This document shows positions 50,629 to 64,000 of a stretch of 64,000 nt of DNA, in pieces. This stretch comes from Negaprion brevirostris (Eukaryota), in assembly GCA_030324005.1 (NCBI GenBank), contig JARDVH010000132.1, forward strand, positions 72,328,325-72,392,324, written 5' to 3'. A program made the position numbers and the translations under genes. The notes under the pieces are model-generated. The model did not search any database. It was not told where the DNA came from and saw only the letters and a program-made list of their open reading frames with translations. Numbering within the stretch: position 1 is the first letter of the stretch; every line of letters starts with the position of its first letter.

Positions 50629-51464
50629 AATGTTTCCAGTCTGTATGAGCTCAATGGCAGGGGTCTCCGTAGGTGNNNNNNNNNNNNNNNNNNNNNNNNN
50701 NNNNNNNNNNNNNNNNNNNNNNNNNNNNNNNNNNNNNNNNNNNNNNNNTTAGGGGTTGGTGGTTCCGTTGGGTGGGGTGTGGGTGGGGGATGCTTGTTAG
50801 AACATGGTGTTATGCCTGCATTGAATAAGGGGAGGATGGTGCCAGTGACTGGGGGGAGGAGCCTGCCCAGATGCCTGTGGGGTGGGAGTGGAGGCGGTGG
50901 GAGTCGTCATCTTGATGCTTGTGTGGTTGGTGGTAGGGCCTTTACATGTAACTTTGAGATTTGTGCCCCAATCTCAGTATCCCGTGTTGCTGGCAAGTTT
51001 ACCACCACCCCACCCACCAATACTTTGAAATTGTCCAAGACTGCTGTTAAATCAGGTGAGAAAAGACAGCTGTGTGACCGACAAGTTACACACAGTGTTT
51101 CTCACCCTATTCAATACTGTGCAATTTTGGGAAAATTGCACCCATCTTCAGGTCAAATTAGGTGTATTTATCAATTGAAAGGGATTCCATGCCATCCGTT
51201 ATTCAGCTGATATGCAATGGAGAGATCATCATAAATGTCGGTGCCAAATATCAGAAAATTGCTATGCTGCCTTTGTTTCTCCCCAGTCAAGTTTCCCACA
51301 GCAGAGTCAGCAGCTTGGCTCCTTGGAGGAAGGTCTACCCTCTAGGATCTTGGCTTATGATTCCTGTGAGGAGCCCCTGAAGAAGTTGGAAGATACAAAT
51401 GAAACCACATGAGCTCAAAGATGATCTCTGAGAAAACCACTCTGTTGCTAAAGTTGCAACTGGA

Positions 51465-51690
51465 CAGACACCAATTCAAGAACAGCTTCTTTTCTGCTGC
51501 TATCTGACTTTTGAATAGATCTACCTTGTATTAATTTGACCTTTCTCTACAACCTAGCTATTACTGTAACACTACATTCTACACTCTTTCTCCTTTTCCC
51601 CTATGAACAGTATGTTTTGTCTGTATAGTGTGCAAGAAACAATACTTTTCACTCTATACTAGTACATGTGACAATAATAAATTGAATCAA
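51465..51690 (+). mobile_element. Rex1-type LINE 3' tail
   Basis: caccaattcaagaacagcttcttttctgctgctatctgacttttgaat matches the end of 35215..36130; ends catgtgacaataataaattgaatcaaat. Confidence 0.75.
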
Positions 51691-51839
51691 ATATGAAGGT
51701 GTCCTTCAACATGTACCATCAAAGGTTTCTTTGCACACCATTGTTGAAGCCATCGTCCTGCACTTTCTCCAACACAAAGTGTTCCCACATTCAATAATCC
51801 TTTCATCTCACTAGCACCCACTGCACATCACGGAATTTG

Positions 51840-52372
51840 GATGTGGTTGCAGTGACAGAGACTTGGTTAAAAGAAGGACAGGACTGGCAGCTGAATATTC
51901 CAGGGTACAAGTGTTTTAGGCATGACAGAGGAGCATCTAAAAGAGGTGGGAAGTAGCGATATTAGTTAGGGAGCATATTACAGCAGTGCAAAGGGTGGAC
52001 AATTTAGAGGAGTCATGCAATGAGTCGCTGTGGGTGGAGCTCAGGAACAGGAAGGGTGCAATCACTATGCTGGGGGTATANNNNNNNNNNNNNNNNNNNN
52101 NNNNNNNNNNNNNNNNNNNNNNNNNNNNNNNNNNNNNNNNNNNNNNNNNNNNNNNNNNNNNNNNNNNNNNNNNNNNNNNNTGAATTGGATCTCCCTTAAT
52201 CTGGCACACATATAATTCCCTAAATTTGCACCCCTTTATTGTGGAGTCCACTAGAGGTAGACAGAAACGTTGTCGATCGACGAAAGACTTGAATAAGGCA
52301 CTCAATGAATGTTAAAATGGGCGGCGTGGGCTTGTAGGGCCGAAGGGCCTGTTTCCTGTGCTGTGCTGTTCT
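51840..52372 (+). mobile_element. CR1 LINE endonuclease fragment and 3' tail across a gap
   Basis: DVVAVTETWLKEGQDWQLNIPGYKCFR, ESLWVELRNRKGAITMLGV; tail gggccgaagggcctgtttcctgtgctgt. Confidence 0.85.
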
Positions 52373-52399
52373 TTGTTGTTCCCTCTTGTCATAGTATTC

Positions 52400-54058
52400 C
52401 TCAAGGCTGATGGCCATTTGGCTGGTAAGAGGCAGCAATAAAGATGAATGGATAATGGAAACTTGAAATAAAGTTCATGGTGCATAAGCAGTGACAAAAA
52501 AACTGACACACTAAGAGCTCTGCACACACAAGTGATCGTGTTTGTGAAGTTCTTGATCTTTATTTTCTGATTACTTTTAGCATGACCTTGCTCCTGTAGC
52601 TTCAGCAGAGCCAAAGGCAGACTGCTTGATCTCTTGTACTGACTGCTCACATGCTCATGGCTGAGGTTCTCTGGGTTATGGATCATGTGATGGAAGCATT
52701 AAGGTTTGCTCCATCCGCACCCGCACAGTAGCAGCCTTGGCCATCAGGTCCAATCATCTGGCCTGACTGAGGTGGGGTTGGGCGGGTTTGGAGACCGATT
52801 TGCAAGCTATTGCTGAGGGCCTGCTTGCACTCAGTTACCTAATACATCATGAAAATAGCCATTCTTTCCATGGAGATGGGTATCAGTTTGAGACTTGGTA
52901 TTAGTATGGCTTTAATACTAGAGTTGGACTCCTTCAATCTGTCTGCATTTGTATGCTATGTGTCTGGAAATTCTGACAGAACCCAATATATTTTCTGCCA
53001 CTTCTCCAGATTAGACATCTTCGATAATGACCCTGAAGCTCAACATCTGTGCCCGGCTAAGCAGAGCTTGGAAGAAACTCTCTCCTGTCCCTGTCTCCAA
53101 CACCTGCTCCTGTTCACTAGTGATGTGCAGCTNNNNNNNNNNTGACACCCAACTACCTAGCTTGGAGTCCCTATTGAGGTGAGTTTATGTGAGCTGGGAG
53201 AAGGTACACAGTTGTCTGCTTCACAGACTATGTAACCTTCTCTGAGGACCTTCTTCTGCACCAGCTGCTGTGTTGCACTTAAAGGATCAGTGAAAGATAT
53301 AAGCCATGAGTTAGAAGGGAAAAGAGAAAGGAATCAAAGTTATCATTGTGCTGATGCTGGTTATATCAAATGGACATAAGCGCTTGTTCTGTTCCATGTA
53401 TCTCTGATATCTAATTCTGTGATCAAGTGGCTGCAAGCTGTCCATTTCTCCATCCTCAATGGTCAGAAACACCATCACTCTGCTGATCTCACTGGCTCCT
53501 CTTTCATAGCAATCAAGGTGGTGATTACCAAAGGGTCAACCCCCAGTTTGCTGCCTCTCCCTGGTGTTGTCTTCCCTACAAGGAAAGAGAGAAGTGAGTT
53601 ACAAATGTGAGAGTTGAAATGTTTTAAATAGGATGGAAGTACTAGTTATTCCTCTCTCTGGAGCCACCTCCTTACATCGCCATCTGAATAGCCACTATAC
53701 CACTCTCATACTCATCTGAAGGTACCTCCAGAGAGAAGAATGTGTGGAAGATGTGTTCATTTGAGGAGCATTATGCAGGGAAAGAATGGAGAAGTCAGAA
53801 TGACGGGTGACATTTAAATGTGACATGCCGCTCACCTTTTCTGCCCTGGTGCAGTCATTGAGCCTCTTGCTGTACTTTATCTATGAGCAAGGGACCAAAT
53901 TCCTGCTGCCCAGCTCCTCAGCAACTTTCAGCCATGTTTGTTCACTTTCATAGCATGGCCTCTTCTTTCCATCTATGGGAAGGATCCCTTACAGTTCGTA
54001 GCATTATCTCCAGGGAAGCCTCCGACAATTGGGGAGGGGATGATTGCAGTCTTCCCAT
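52400..54058 (-). pseudogene. Spliced Myb/SANT-like (trihelix) DNA-binding gene fossil of a Harbinger transposon
   Basis: ATG at 54058: MGRLQSSPPQLSEASLEIMLRTVRD/(frameshift)ILPIDGKKRPCYESEQTWLKVAEELGSRNLVPCS*IKYSKRLNDCTRAEK|gtgagc (53836); next exon after ccttgtag (53575): NTRERQQTGG*P. Left boundary approximate. Confidence 0.75.
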
Positions 54059-55219
54059 GTTGAGACTCTAGCAGTAGAGTCAGTCAATAGTTGTGGCATG
54101 AATCAATTCTGTCCCTGCCATAGTCTCTTTAAATAGCAAGTCAGATGTAGGTTGTCATCATGCCCACCCCAAAGTGAGGCGTTAATGTTGTGGCTGAATT
54201 AAAATGCCACGGCAAAGCTTGCTCCATGATCTTTTGCTTTCCTTGTTTGCTGCCGGCCTCCCCCACTGTGAACAGTCAAAAGTTTAAAATTTCTGATACA
54301 ATTTTGATGTATTAGTATTGTGAACTATCTTAGCAAAATTAATGTAAAACTTTAATCCCACGGAGTGTAAATTGGGCATCAAGGCTAGAGTTGAGTCCAA
54401 AAAGAAAATCACATCATCAGTGAGAATAGCGATTTAAAACTTTTCCTTTACAATTGTTATTGCAATTGTGTTTCTGATCAATAAATCCATACTAATGGTC
54501 CATATCCAGATATAATTTAAACACACTGGGCTAAAAATGGCCATTGCAAAGTTAGCAGATAAACACTCAAAGCATAACATTTTTTGGTAATTATTTGGCT
54601 CATTAAATTAATATGTTAAATGATTTCAACAATAAAATAAGCCAGAATAACATCACGAAAGAGTATTTTTAACAAACACTGTTCTGTCTGTAAATGTGGG
54701 ACACATTAGTATTTTATTTACATTTACTTAGGTGAGATGTGGTGTAACCATGCTTGCTTCAAGTATGCTTGCATCAGAAATAAATACAAGACTTTTGTTT
54801 GCAGAAGTCCAAATTATAGCCTGAAATAATTATAGACTGAAATAATGAACTCTCAAATTCAAAGCAATAGAAATATTAATAAAAGGTGCTGAGTGGCTAG
54901 TGAGCTTTATCTTTTGTTTGTAAGGTTTATTACCAGTATGGTGTGTTAAACTTTAATAAGACTTATCAGTATCACTAAGGTCTATTAACAGTAATAATAT
55001 TTATTAGTATAGATACGATTCGTTCTCTGTAGCAAGATTAACCAATAACAGGAGGAGAGGCAGGGCCACATTCCCAGGATTTATCCCATGTCCTGGATCA
55101 TCATTAGTGCAAAGTGTCATCAATCACAGCAGCTTCAGCTCGGCATTTAGGAATCTAGGAGCAGTTATCATGACTGTGATTTATTCATGAGGTTGCGAGC
55201 TTTGTAAAAAGCAAGTTAA

Positions 55220-55484
55220 TAGAAACATGAAGATAGGAGCAGGAGAGGCCATTCAGCCCTTCAAGCTGCTCCCCCATTCATCACCATCCTGGCTGATCAT
55301 CCAACTCAATAGCTCAATCCTGCTTTCTCCCATAACCTTTGAACCCATTTGCTCCAAGTGCTATATCCAGCCACCTCTTGAATATCTTCAAGGTTTTGGC
55401 ATTGACTACTTCCTGTGGTAATGAATTCCACAGGCTCACCACTCTTTGGGTGAAGAAATGTCCCCTCATCTCCATCCTAAATGG
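55220..55484 (-). mobile_element. Young CR1 LINE 3' end
   Basis: FRMEMRGHFFTQRVVSLWNSLPQEVV.AKTL.IFKRWLD plus tail tagaaacatgaagataggagcaggag. Confidence 0.9.
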
Positions 55485-55584
55485 NNNNNNNNNNNNNNNN
55501 NNNNNNNNNNNNNNNNNNNNNNNNNNNNNNNNNNNNNNNNNNNNNNNNNNNNNNNNNNNNNNNNNNNNNNNNNNNNNNNNNNNN

Positions 55585-56196
<612 letters not shown>

Positions 56197-56433
56197 TCAA
56201 TAAGAAAAACAATTGCTTTTTTTATAATATATTTAATATTGTAATAATTTAATCAAAGTTGCAATACAGTGCACTTTGTTAACTCTTTATAAATTTGGTT
56301 TCGTGGCCAGAGGTTTAGCAGCACTTATCAAGTAAAATGATTAATTCAAAGTGTGTCATAGTAACTTAGGACAAATTACAGAAAAAATTTGAAGAAAAGT
56401 TAATGGTGTATAACTAAATATTTCTATTTCAAC

Positions 56434-57470
56434 GTGGGCATTGCTGGCCCAGCCAGCATTTACTGCCCATCCCTAACTGCCCCTGAACTGAGTGGCATGC
56501 TGGGCCATTCAAAAATCAACCATTGTTGGATCTGTAGGCCAGACCAGGTAAGGATGGCAGATTTCCTTCCCCAAAGGACATTAGTGAACCAGATACTTTC
56601 ATGGTCATCATTTGCCTCTTCAATTCCAATTTTTTATTGAATTCAAATCTCATTATTTGCCATGGTGGGATTTGAAACAGGTTCTCCGAAGCATTGTCCC
56701 GAGTCTCTAGATTTCTAGTTCAGTCACAATATCTCTACACCACTGTCACCCCTGAAAAGTCCCAGGTGAAAAGTTAGAGGAGTTTTTTTTTGAGTATTGA
56801 TTTGTGGGAAATGGGCATTGCTCACTGGCCAGCATTTACTGCCCATCCCTAGTTGCTCTTAGTTAGAGGGCAGTTCAGAGTCAACCACATTGCTGTTGCT
56901 CTGGAATCACATGTAGGCCAGACCAGGCAAGGAAGGCAGATTTCCTTCCCTAAAGGACATTAGTGAACCAGATGAATTTTTCCAACAATCGACAATGGTT
57001 TTTCAATCATCTTAATTCCATATTTTTTTTTCTTGAATTCAAATTCCACCAGCTACTGTAGCAGGATTCGAATCCAGAACATTAGCTGAGTTTCTGGATT
57101 AATAGTCTAGCGATAATAACAACATGCCATCGCCTTTCTTTAACTGGGAATGGTGATTTACATTTTTCACACTGTACCCTGCCACCCCATCACCACACCC
57201 CACCCCCATACCCACCCCNNNNNNNNNNNNNNNNNNNNNNNNNNNNNNNNNNNNNNNNNNNNNNNNNNNNNNNNNNNNNNNNNNNNNNNNNNNNNNNNNN
57301 NNNNNNNNNNNNNNNNNNTCACGATCATCAGTAGATTCCTAATTGCTGATTTTTAAAAAATTAATTTCAAATTCCACCATCAGCCATGGCACGATTCAAA
57401 ACTGGGTACCCAGAACTTTAGCTGAGTTTTTGGATTAATAGTCTAGCGATAATATCACTAGTCCGTCTCC
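56434..57470 (-). mobile_element. Cluster of three same-orientation tRNA-headed SINE-like copies (56434-56750, 56805-57135, 57320-57470)
   Basis: Shared blocks ccagcatttactgcccatccct, tgtaggccagaccagg, gcagatttccttccc.aaaggacattagtgaaccagat, attcaaattccacca and tggattaatagtctagcgata. Confidence 0.85.
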
Positions 57471-58139
57471 TCTCCTTTCACATCTAAAAGCTGACACCTC
57501 TAACATTAAGTAATATCAGTGCTCGATTATTGTTACAATTGTTTATCAATTTATTTTAGTTGAAGAGGTAAACTTTCAGTGGTTCTATAACTAATATAAA
57601 ATCTACTATAATATTTAAACTAACTTTACAAATTACTTAAACTCATCTGTGAGTGGAATTTCACGATGAAGAATAAACAGAATAGAGATAAAAGCCACCT
57701 TTTAAAAGTGACCTGTGTACATTAAGCAATTCAGACTAATACTCAGGTAGAATTAAAATATCTCAGTTAAGTTTAAGGTTTTTCTCTGCATAACATGAAT
57801 GCGCTATGATAATACCCATTTTGCGCACATAAATCCTACAGTATTATTTTTATCATGTTTTCTTCGTTAGTTTCTTGGGTTGTTTATTGAAGGCTGGCAG
57901 ACGTCAGGAAATGAGTTTCTTTCTCTCAGGAAAGAAGGGGAGGGGGTGGGGAGAAAGAAAAGGTAAATCGAGAGCACCTAACCTTCTACACTTATTAATT
58001 TTTTTCCTCCAAATGTCCCACACAATCACAACTGGCAAGTTAAAAACATGTAGGGCAGCAAAGCCTGCAGAAGGATGTAGCAGAGTAATAGGCATGGAAA
58101 GATTGCTTGAAGTGGGTATCTAGCTGACTCACAAGAACA

Positions 58140-58570
58140 CAAGAAACATGACCATAAGAAACATTTCCCAGCTGGTAGAAACAATTTCAGCATCTACCCT
58201 ATCATGTCCCCTCAAAATATTTAGGTTTTAATGAGATCACTCTTAATTTTCTTAACTCCAGATAATATAAGCCCAATATACTTATCCCCTCAACATAAGA
58301 CAACCCTCTCACCCTAGGGACCAATCTAGTGAATCTTCACTGTACCACCTCCAATGCAAGTAATTCTTTTCTTAAAATTGGAGACCGAAATTGCACGCAG
58401 TACTCCACATGTAGTCTTGCCAAAACCCATACAAACTATAGCAAGGCTTTTTCATTCTTGTACTCCAATCTCCTTGCAATCAAGGGCAACAGGTCATTTG
58501 CCTTCTTAATTATATGCTGCATTTGCATGTTAACTTTCTGCATTCCTTGTACAAGCATACTCAAGTTTCT
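58140..58570 (-). mobile_element. CR1 LINE fragment
   Basis: KVNMQMQHIIKKAN.LL..IARRLEYKNEKALL and the reverse complement of the HVEYCVQF region. Confidence 0.8.
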
Positions 58571-58979
58571 TTGAGCAGCAGGGATCAGATGATGTCTGGA
58601 GGTCAAGCTAGAACGTTGTTGGGGAGCTGACAATGGGGAGTGGGAGGTTCAATTATAAGGTATGGTGGAAGGGGAAGATAGTGGTCAAGGATGTAAGCAG
58701 ATGGATGTGAGGTGTCCAATTATAGAGTGGGGAGGTGCGTGGGGACTACAGACCAATTATGGGATGTAGGATGGGTGCTTGCAGGAAAGTTTGTTAGCGC
58801 TGGAGGAAGAAAAATCCTGCTCCTGGGAGCCCACAAGGTGTGCTGCAAAACATACATTACAACTGAAATCAGTTCTTCTTGCCAGTCTACAGACCATCAG
58901 AGATTATTAAGGGAGATCAAAATGTGTGAAAAATGTAGTGCACAAGAAAATCCTGCAAGGGAAAGACAAATCAGTAGGA

Positions 58980-61803
58980 CATATTTAAAAATCCTGTACC
59001 TAAATGCATGCAGTATTTGGAATAAGATCAATGAGTTGATGGCACAAATAGAGACAAATGGGTATGATTTTGTAGGGATTACTGAAATATTGTTACGGGG
59101 GAATGGGACTGGGAGTTGAACGTCCAAGGGTACTCAGTATTTCAAAAGGATAGGCAGGATGGAACAGGAGGTGGAGTTGCTTTATTGGTTAAAGATGACA
59201 TTAAGGCTGTATTAAGAAATGACATAGGCACGAAGGACGAACATGTTGAATCGATCAGGGTGGAAATAAAAATCAAAGGAAAAAACATCTTGGTGCAAGT
59301 AATTACAAACTCCTGAGCAATACTTCCAAAATGGGGCACAACATAAACCAAAAAATAATGAGGGATTGTGAGAAGAACACAATGGAAAACATGGGTGATT
59401 TGAATATGCATATTGGGTGGATCAATCAAATTGGCAAAGGTAGCATCGAGGGAGATTTCATTGAGTGCATGAGGGATTGTTTCTTAGAGCAATATTTATG
59501 GAACTAACCAGGGAGCAGGCTATTTTAGATTTAATATAATGTAATGAAGAAAGGTTGATAAATAGTCTTGCTGTTAAAGATCCTCTTGAAAAGAGTGATC
59601 ACAGCATGTGAGAATCTCAGATTCAGATTGAGAGAGAAGACAGAGTTCTGGCAATGGGCAGTGGTAATTATATAGGTCTGAGGAAAGAGTTGCCCATGTA
59701 AACTGGGATCAAGTAATTGAGGGCAGGACAGTTGAGGAACAACGGCAAATGTCCAAGACAATATCGAATACCTCTCAACTAAAATACAGCCCCAAGAGGA
59801 AAAGGAATTGTAAAAGGAAGAAAAATGTTCCATGGCTAGACAAGGAAGTCAAAGAGGACATAAAGGTAAAAGGGCATACCAAACTGCAAAGGCTNNNNNN
59901 NNNNGGAGGATTGGGAGAACTTTAAGGCTTGGCAAAAGGCTACTAAAATAGAATCAAAAGAGTTAAGATGAACTGTGGAAAGAAACTAGCAGAAAACAAA
60001 CACAGATACCAAAAGCTTTTGTAAGTCTATGAAGAGGAATAGAATAGCTAAGGTGAATGTTGGCCCTTTAGAGGATGATACTGGTAACACATTAATGGGG
60101 AACACAGAGATGGCAGAGGCACTAAAACAATATTTTGACTCTGTCATCAAGGTAGACAATAATGAAGCTTTGTAGTTAATGCTTGGTGCAATAACCATCA
60201 CAAGGGAGAAGGTATTGAATAAACTAACAGGAATAAAGCCAGACAACTCTCCAGAACTTGATGGCCGGCACCCTCGGGTATTAAAGGAGTTGGCAGCAGA
60301 GATAGTGGATGCATTGGTTGTGATATTTCAAAATTCCTTAGATTCTGATAAGGTCCCAGTGGATTGGAACACCCTAATGTGGTGTCCCTATTCAAAAAGG
60401 GACAGAGGCAAGATGTAGGAGATTATAGGCTGGGTAGCTTGGCCTTTGTGGTGGGGAAGTAGCAAGAATCAATCAATGAGGAGCAGGTGAATGAGCATTT
60501 AGAAAGACAAAGCTCAATCCATCATTGGCTGCATGGTTTTATGAAGGGTAAGTCATGCTTGACAAACTTGCTTGGTTTCTTTGAAGACATAACGAGCAAG
60601 GTGGATAGAGGGTGACCTGTGGATGTGGTATATCTGTACTTCAAGAAGAAGTTTGAAAAGGTGCTACTTAAAAGACTGATCCAGAAAATGAGCTCACAGG
60701 GGATTAGGATGAGAGTACGAGATTGGATTGAGGATTGGCTTACTGACAGAAAACAGAGGGTTGAGATAAATGGATCCTTCTCTGGCTGGCGAAATGTAAT
60801 TAGTGGGGTGCTGTAAGGATCAGTCGTTGGACTTAAGTGTTTTATGATCTATGTAAAATGATCTGTAAGCAGAGACACAGTGTAACATAGCAAAATTTTC
60901 GGATGATACTAAAATCATTGGAAAAGCAAGCACCGAGGAGGATATAAAGCTTTTATGGATATAGATAGGCTAGGTGAATGGCCGAAATTTGGCAGATGGA
61001 GTTTAATGTGGATTGTGTGAAGTTATCCATTTTGGCAGAAGAAGTAGAAAGGCAAATCATTACCAAAATGGAAAGCAGATTCAAAATGCATCTGGGCAGA
61101 GGGATCTGGGCGTCTATGTTTATGAATTGCAGAAAATTGATTTGTAGGTGTAGCACGTAATAAAAAAAGCAAATGGGATGTTGGCATATATTGCAAAGGG
61201 ACTGAAGTATAAGAGTAGAGAAGTGTTGCAATTATAGATGGTGTTGGTGAGATCACATCTGGAGTATTGAGAACAGTTTTAGTCTCCTTATTTGAAGAAG
61301 GATGTGGTGGCCCTCGAAGCAGTTTGCCAGATTTATTCCAGGGACGAAACGGTTGACGTATGAATAGAGACTAAACAGTTTGGGCTTATACTCACTGGAG
61401 TTTAGTAGGATGAGAGTGGATCAGACCGAGGTCTATAAAACACTAAAAGGGATTGATAAAGCAAACATAGACCAAATCCTTCCTCTTATGGGGCAACCTA
61501 GAACAAGAGGTCACAGGTATAGGTTGAGAGAGAGTAGATTTAACACAGAGATGAAGAGGAACTACTTACAGAAGGTGGTGAATTTATGGAACATGCTGCC
61601 CCATAGCACGGCAGAGTTTGAATCGTTGAATGGTTTCAAGAAGGAGATAGATATACTTCTAATTTTTAAAAATTTATAAGGGGATATGAGGAACAGGAGG
61701 GGAAATGGATTTGAGACCAGTAAGAGATCAGACATGACCTGGTTGAACGGCAGAGCAAGCTAAAAGGGTTGAATTTGTCTACTTCTGCTCCTAATTCCTA
61801 TAT
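58980..61803 (+). mobile_element. Near-complete but dead CR1 LINE ORF2 (APE endonuclease, RT, 3' tail)
   Basis: LKILYLNACSIWNKINEL...GYDFVGITE; KDRQDGTGGGVALLVK; SDH; DGRHPRVLKEL; HGFMKGKSCLTNLL; KFSDDTK; WNMLP; tail ttctgctcctaattccta. Many stops and frameshifts. Confidence 0.93.
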
Positions 61804-62248
61804 TGCCTCCTTTTATTTGCTATCTTTGCAAAGCCTTGTAATTTCAGCTGATTGTGGTTAAAAAATGAATCACTGTAAAAGTGGAGGCACACAATCTCCT
61901 TAAAAGGTTTCAATAATTGACCTGAGAGTAATTTGGTTCCATGTGGCTCATCCTATCACTGCCAAAACTGAAAAAGGGGTTTCAAAACTGGTTGAGTTCC
62001 TGTTTCAGGCTTAACTTTTCAATCTCCTAACAGAACCAACCCGCTTATTTGGGGAGGACGGAGTTTAGTGTGCAAACTGTTATAACTTCCCCTTGAGTAG
62101 CATTTGCAGAAAACCATGAGATATCCACTCATTTTCCGTGATGTGTCCCATCAGTAACTGGAAGATCGTGCAAAACAAGCTGAGAATGGGCAACAAGGTA
62201 AATTAAACAATAATTGGAACTCTAAATTAAACTACAATTGGAAGTTAC

Positions 62249-62322
62249 CTGCCATCAAAAGTGATCAGATGTGGATCCGTAAATGAGTAACAATAGGCAG
62301 TGGGGACATCTTTCACTATTAT
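62249..62322 (-). CDS. VWDE: VWDE internal exon 1 of 14 in window: start of VWD domain
   Basis: Minus strand tttag|ATAATAGTG...GATGGCAG|gtaact; translates IIVKDVPTAYCYSFTDPHLITFDG(R), the VWDE-type (T)DPH..TFDG motif; 74 nt, phase 0 to 2. Not in the ORF track. Confidence 0.93.
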
Positions 62323-63639
62323 CTAAATTTTAAGAAAAAAATGATTAAAATAACCAACTGCATAACTTGGTAGAAAAGAAGAGCTTCTAAGAGTTTGATC
62401 TTGTACACCCAGTGGGGATGCTGCATTAAGAGGTAGCATGGGTCAAAGACAAGGCTACAAATGATATTACAGCTTGAATTCTCCAACACATACTCCCTGT
62501 GAATGCAGGTCCTCACTGGACACATCAGATTGATGGATCTTAAAATGTAAGCATAGGAAATTTGTAAAATAAATCATGATGACCTGGAGTTTACACTAGG
62601 TTGCATTGATATTTTTGGCACAATTTGCTCAAAAACCAGCCAAACCAGCACAAAAACTCAAGAAATTTTCAACACAAATTGAGTTTCCATGATTTTTTGT
62701 CTTAATTTAATGGAATAACATAGTGTTTGAAATTGGCTGTCAAATTGCATTAATCACTATGGTGAGTTTCTGCTAACTATACCTGCTTCAGGACCTTCAA
62801 ATAGACTTTTAGAGTTAAGCTGTTCTTATTAAATTCAAGGTCATTAAGGCACCTTTTCAAAGCACTTTAATTTTTACAAAATCAAGAACTGAATGATGGT
62901 ATGATAATGTAATGAGTAAATGGTTTGTATAATTATTAATGCTATTTGGAATCAAATTGTTCATAGGTAATGGACAAGATATGCTGATTAAAAATATTAA
63001 ATACTTATTTTATAATAAACCCATTTTCAGTTATAATAGCAGTGTTTAATGAATCAAGTAAAACTTTTAATGCAGTTTTAAAAAATGACTTTAAAATGTT
63101 GCTTAATTGAATGCATTGGTTCACAGAAAATTTAACATTTGCGGATATGTAATTGATTTTACACAGAAATTGTGCAAAAAAAATCTTCCGAAAACCAATT
63201 AATCAGGGGATAGATTACCAATTACGCCCAAAATGAAAATTCTTGGTCAATTACTATTAATAGTATTTATATTATGTTACTATACACCATTATAAATTAT
63301 ACCTTACATTTCTGTTAGCATTTAGAAACATAAACAGGAGTGAAAATAGTTGCATGTATAATGATATGTTGCCTTCTAACATAGTAAGAAGTCTGACAAC
63401 ACCAGGTTTAAGTCCAACCAATTTACCAAGAAGCATGTATATACACCAGGTGAGGCCCTGCAGTTTTCAATCCAACATCACTGTCATCTTTTGATGAAAG
63501 ACTATCAACCTAAAATAGATTTTCTGGGTCATCTAAGGTCCCAAAGTTGAGACTGGAAGCAGGCACTGCTGCCCCTTGCAAGAGGATCCAAAGAAAGTAA
63601 ACAAATCGTGTGCTGGGTGGCTAATGAACTGCTGGCAGT

Positions 63640-64000
63640 TCTGCTTTTCAATTTTTACCAATAACTCCGGACTTCGCCACATTAAATGCTATCTGCCTTC
63701 TTGTTGCCTGACCTAACCTGTCTCTGTGTAGGCTCTATGCATCTTCCTCTCAGCTTTGTTTTGTTAGCAAACCTAGATACATGACTCTCTATTACTTTGT
63801 CTCAAGTCATTAGTACAGATTGTAAATAGCGGCATTCCAATTGTTGTGGCTTGCCAACTTGAAAATGCCTTTTCTCTTTGTTTCCTGCCCATGTCACATA
63901 TTACTCCCAACTCCATGAGCCCTATCTTGTGATATTAACCTATCGTGTAGCATCTATTTGAATGCCTTTTAGAAATACAAGTACATCACATTTACTGGTT
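63640..64000 (-). mobile_element. Old CR1 RT fragment at the window edge
   Basis: gtcattagtacagattgtaaatagc and tgaatgccttttagaaatacaagtacatcac are reverse complements of CR1 RT motifs (LFTI..ND; DV.YLDF.KAF). Confidence 0.65.

Overview
Eukaryotic DNA from a cartilaginous fish, inferred from shark-type repeats (HE1-like V-SINEs, CR1, Rex1 and Penelope-like termini); the draft assembly has many N gaps. The whole window lies inside one minus-strand gene, VWDE (von Willebrand factor D and EGF domains). I reconstructed 14 internal coding exons between 62322 and 4973 (3568 nt, about 1189 codons). Splice phases match throughout if one intron uses a GC donor. The protein runs from the VWD domain through a basic linker, a Cys-rich/EGF region, an Ig/cadherin-like region, EGF repeats, an acidic exon, another EGF, and a Thr/Pro-rich stalk plus EGF. 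Both ends of the gene lie outside the window. Introns are packed with decayed transposons: CR1 and other LINEs, a fragmented Gypsy element, Harbinger transposase and Myb/SANT fossils, MITEs, SINEs and Penelope-like hairpins. I found no convincing new biological system. The best leads are a phase-required GC donor, a run of symmetric cassette-type exons I do not recall in human VWDE, an inverted duplication around a Harbinger fossil, and a SINE/LINE pair sharing a tRNA-like head. All repeat family names come from recalled motifs, not from a database search.
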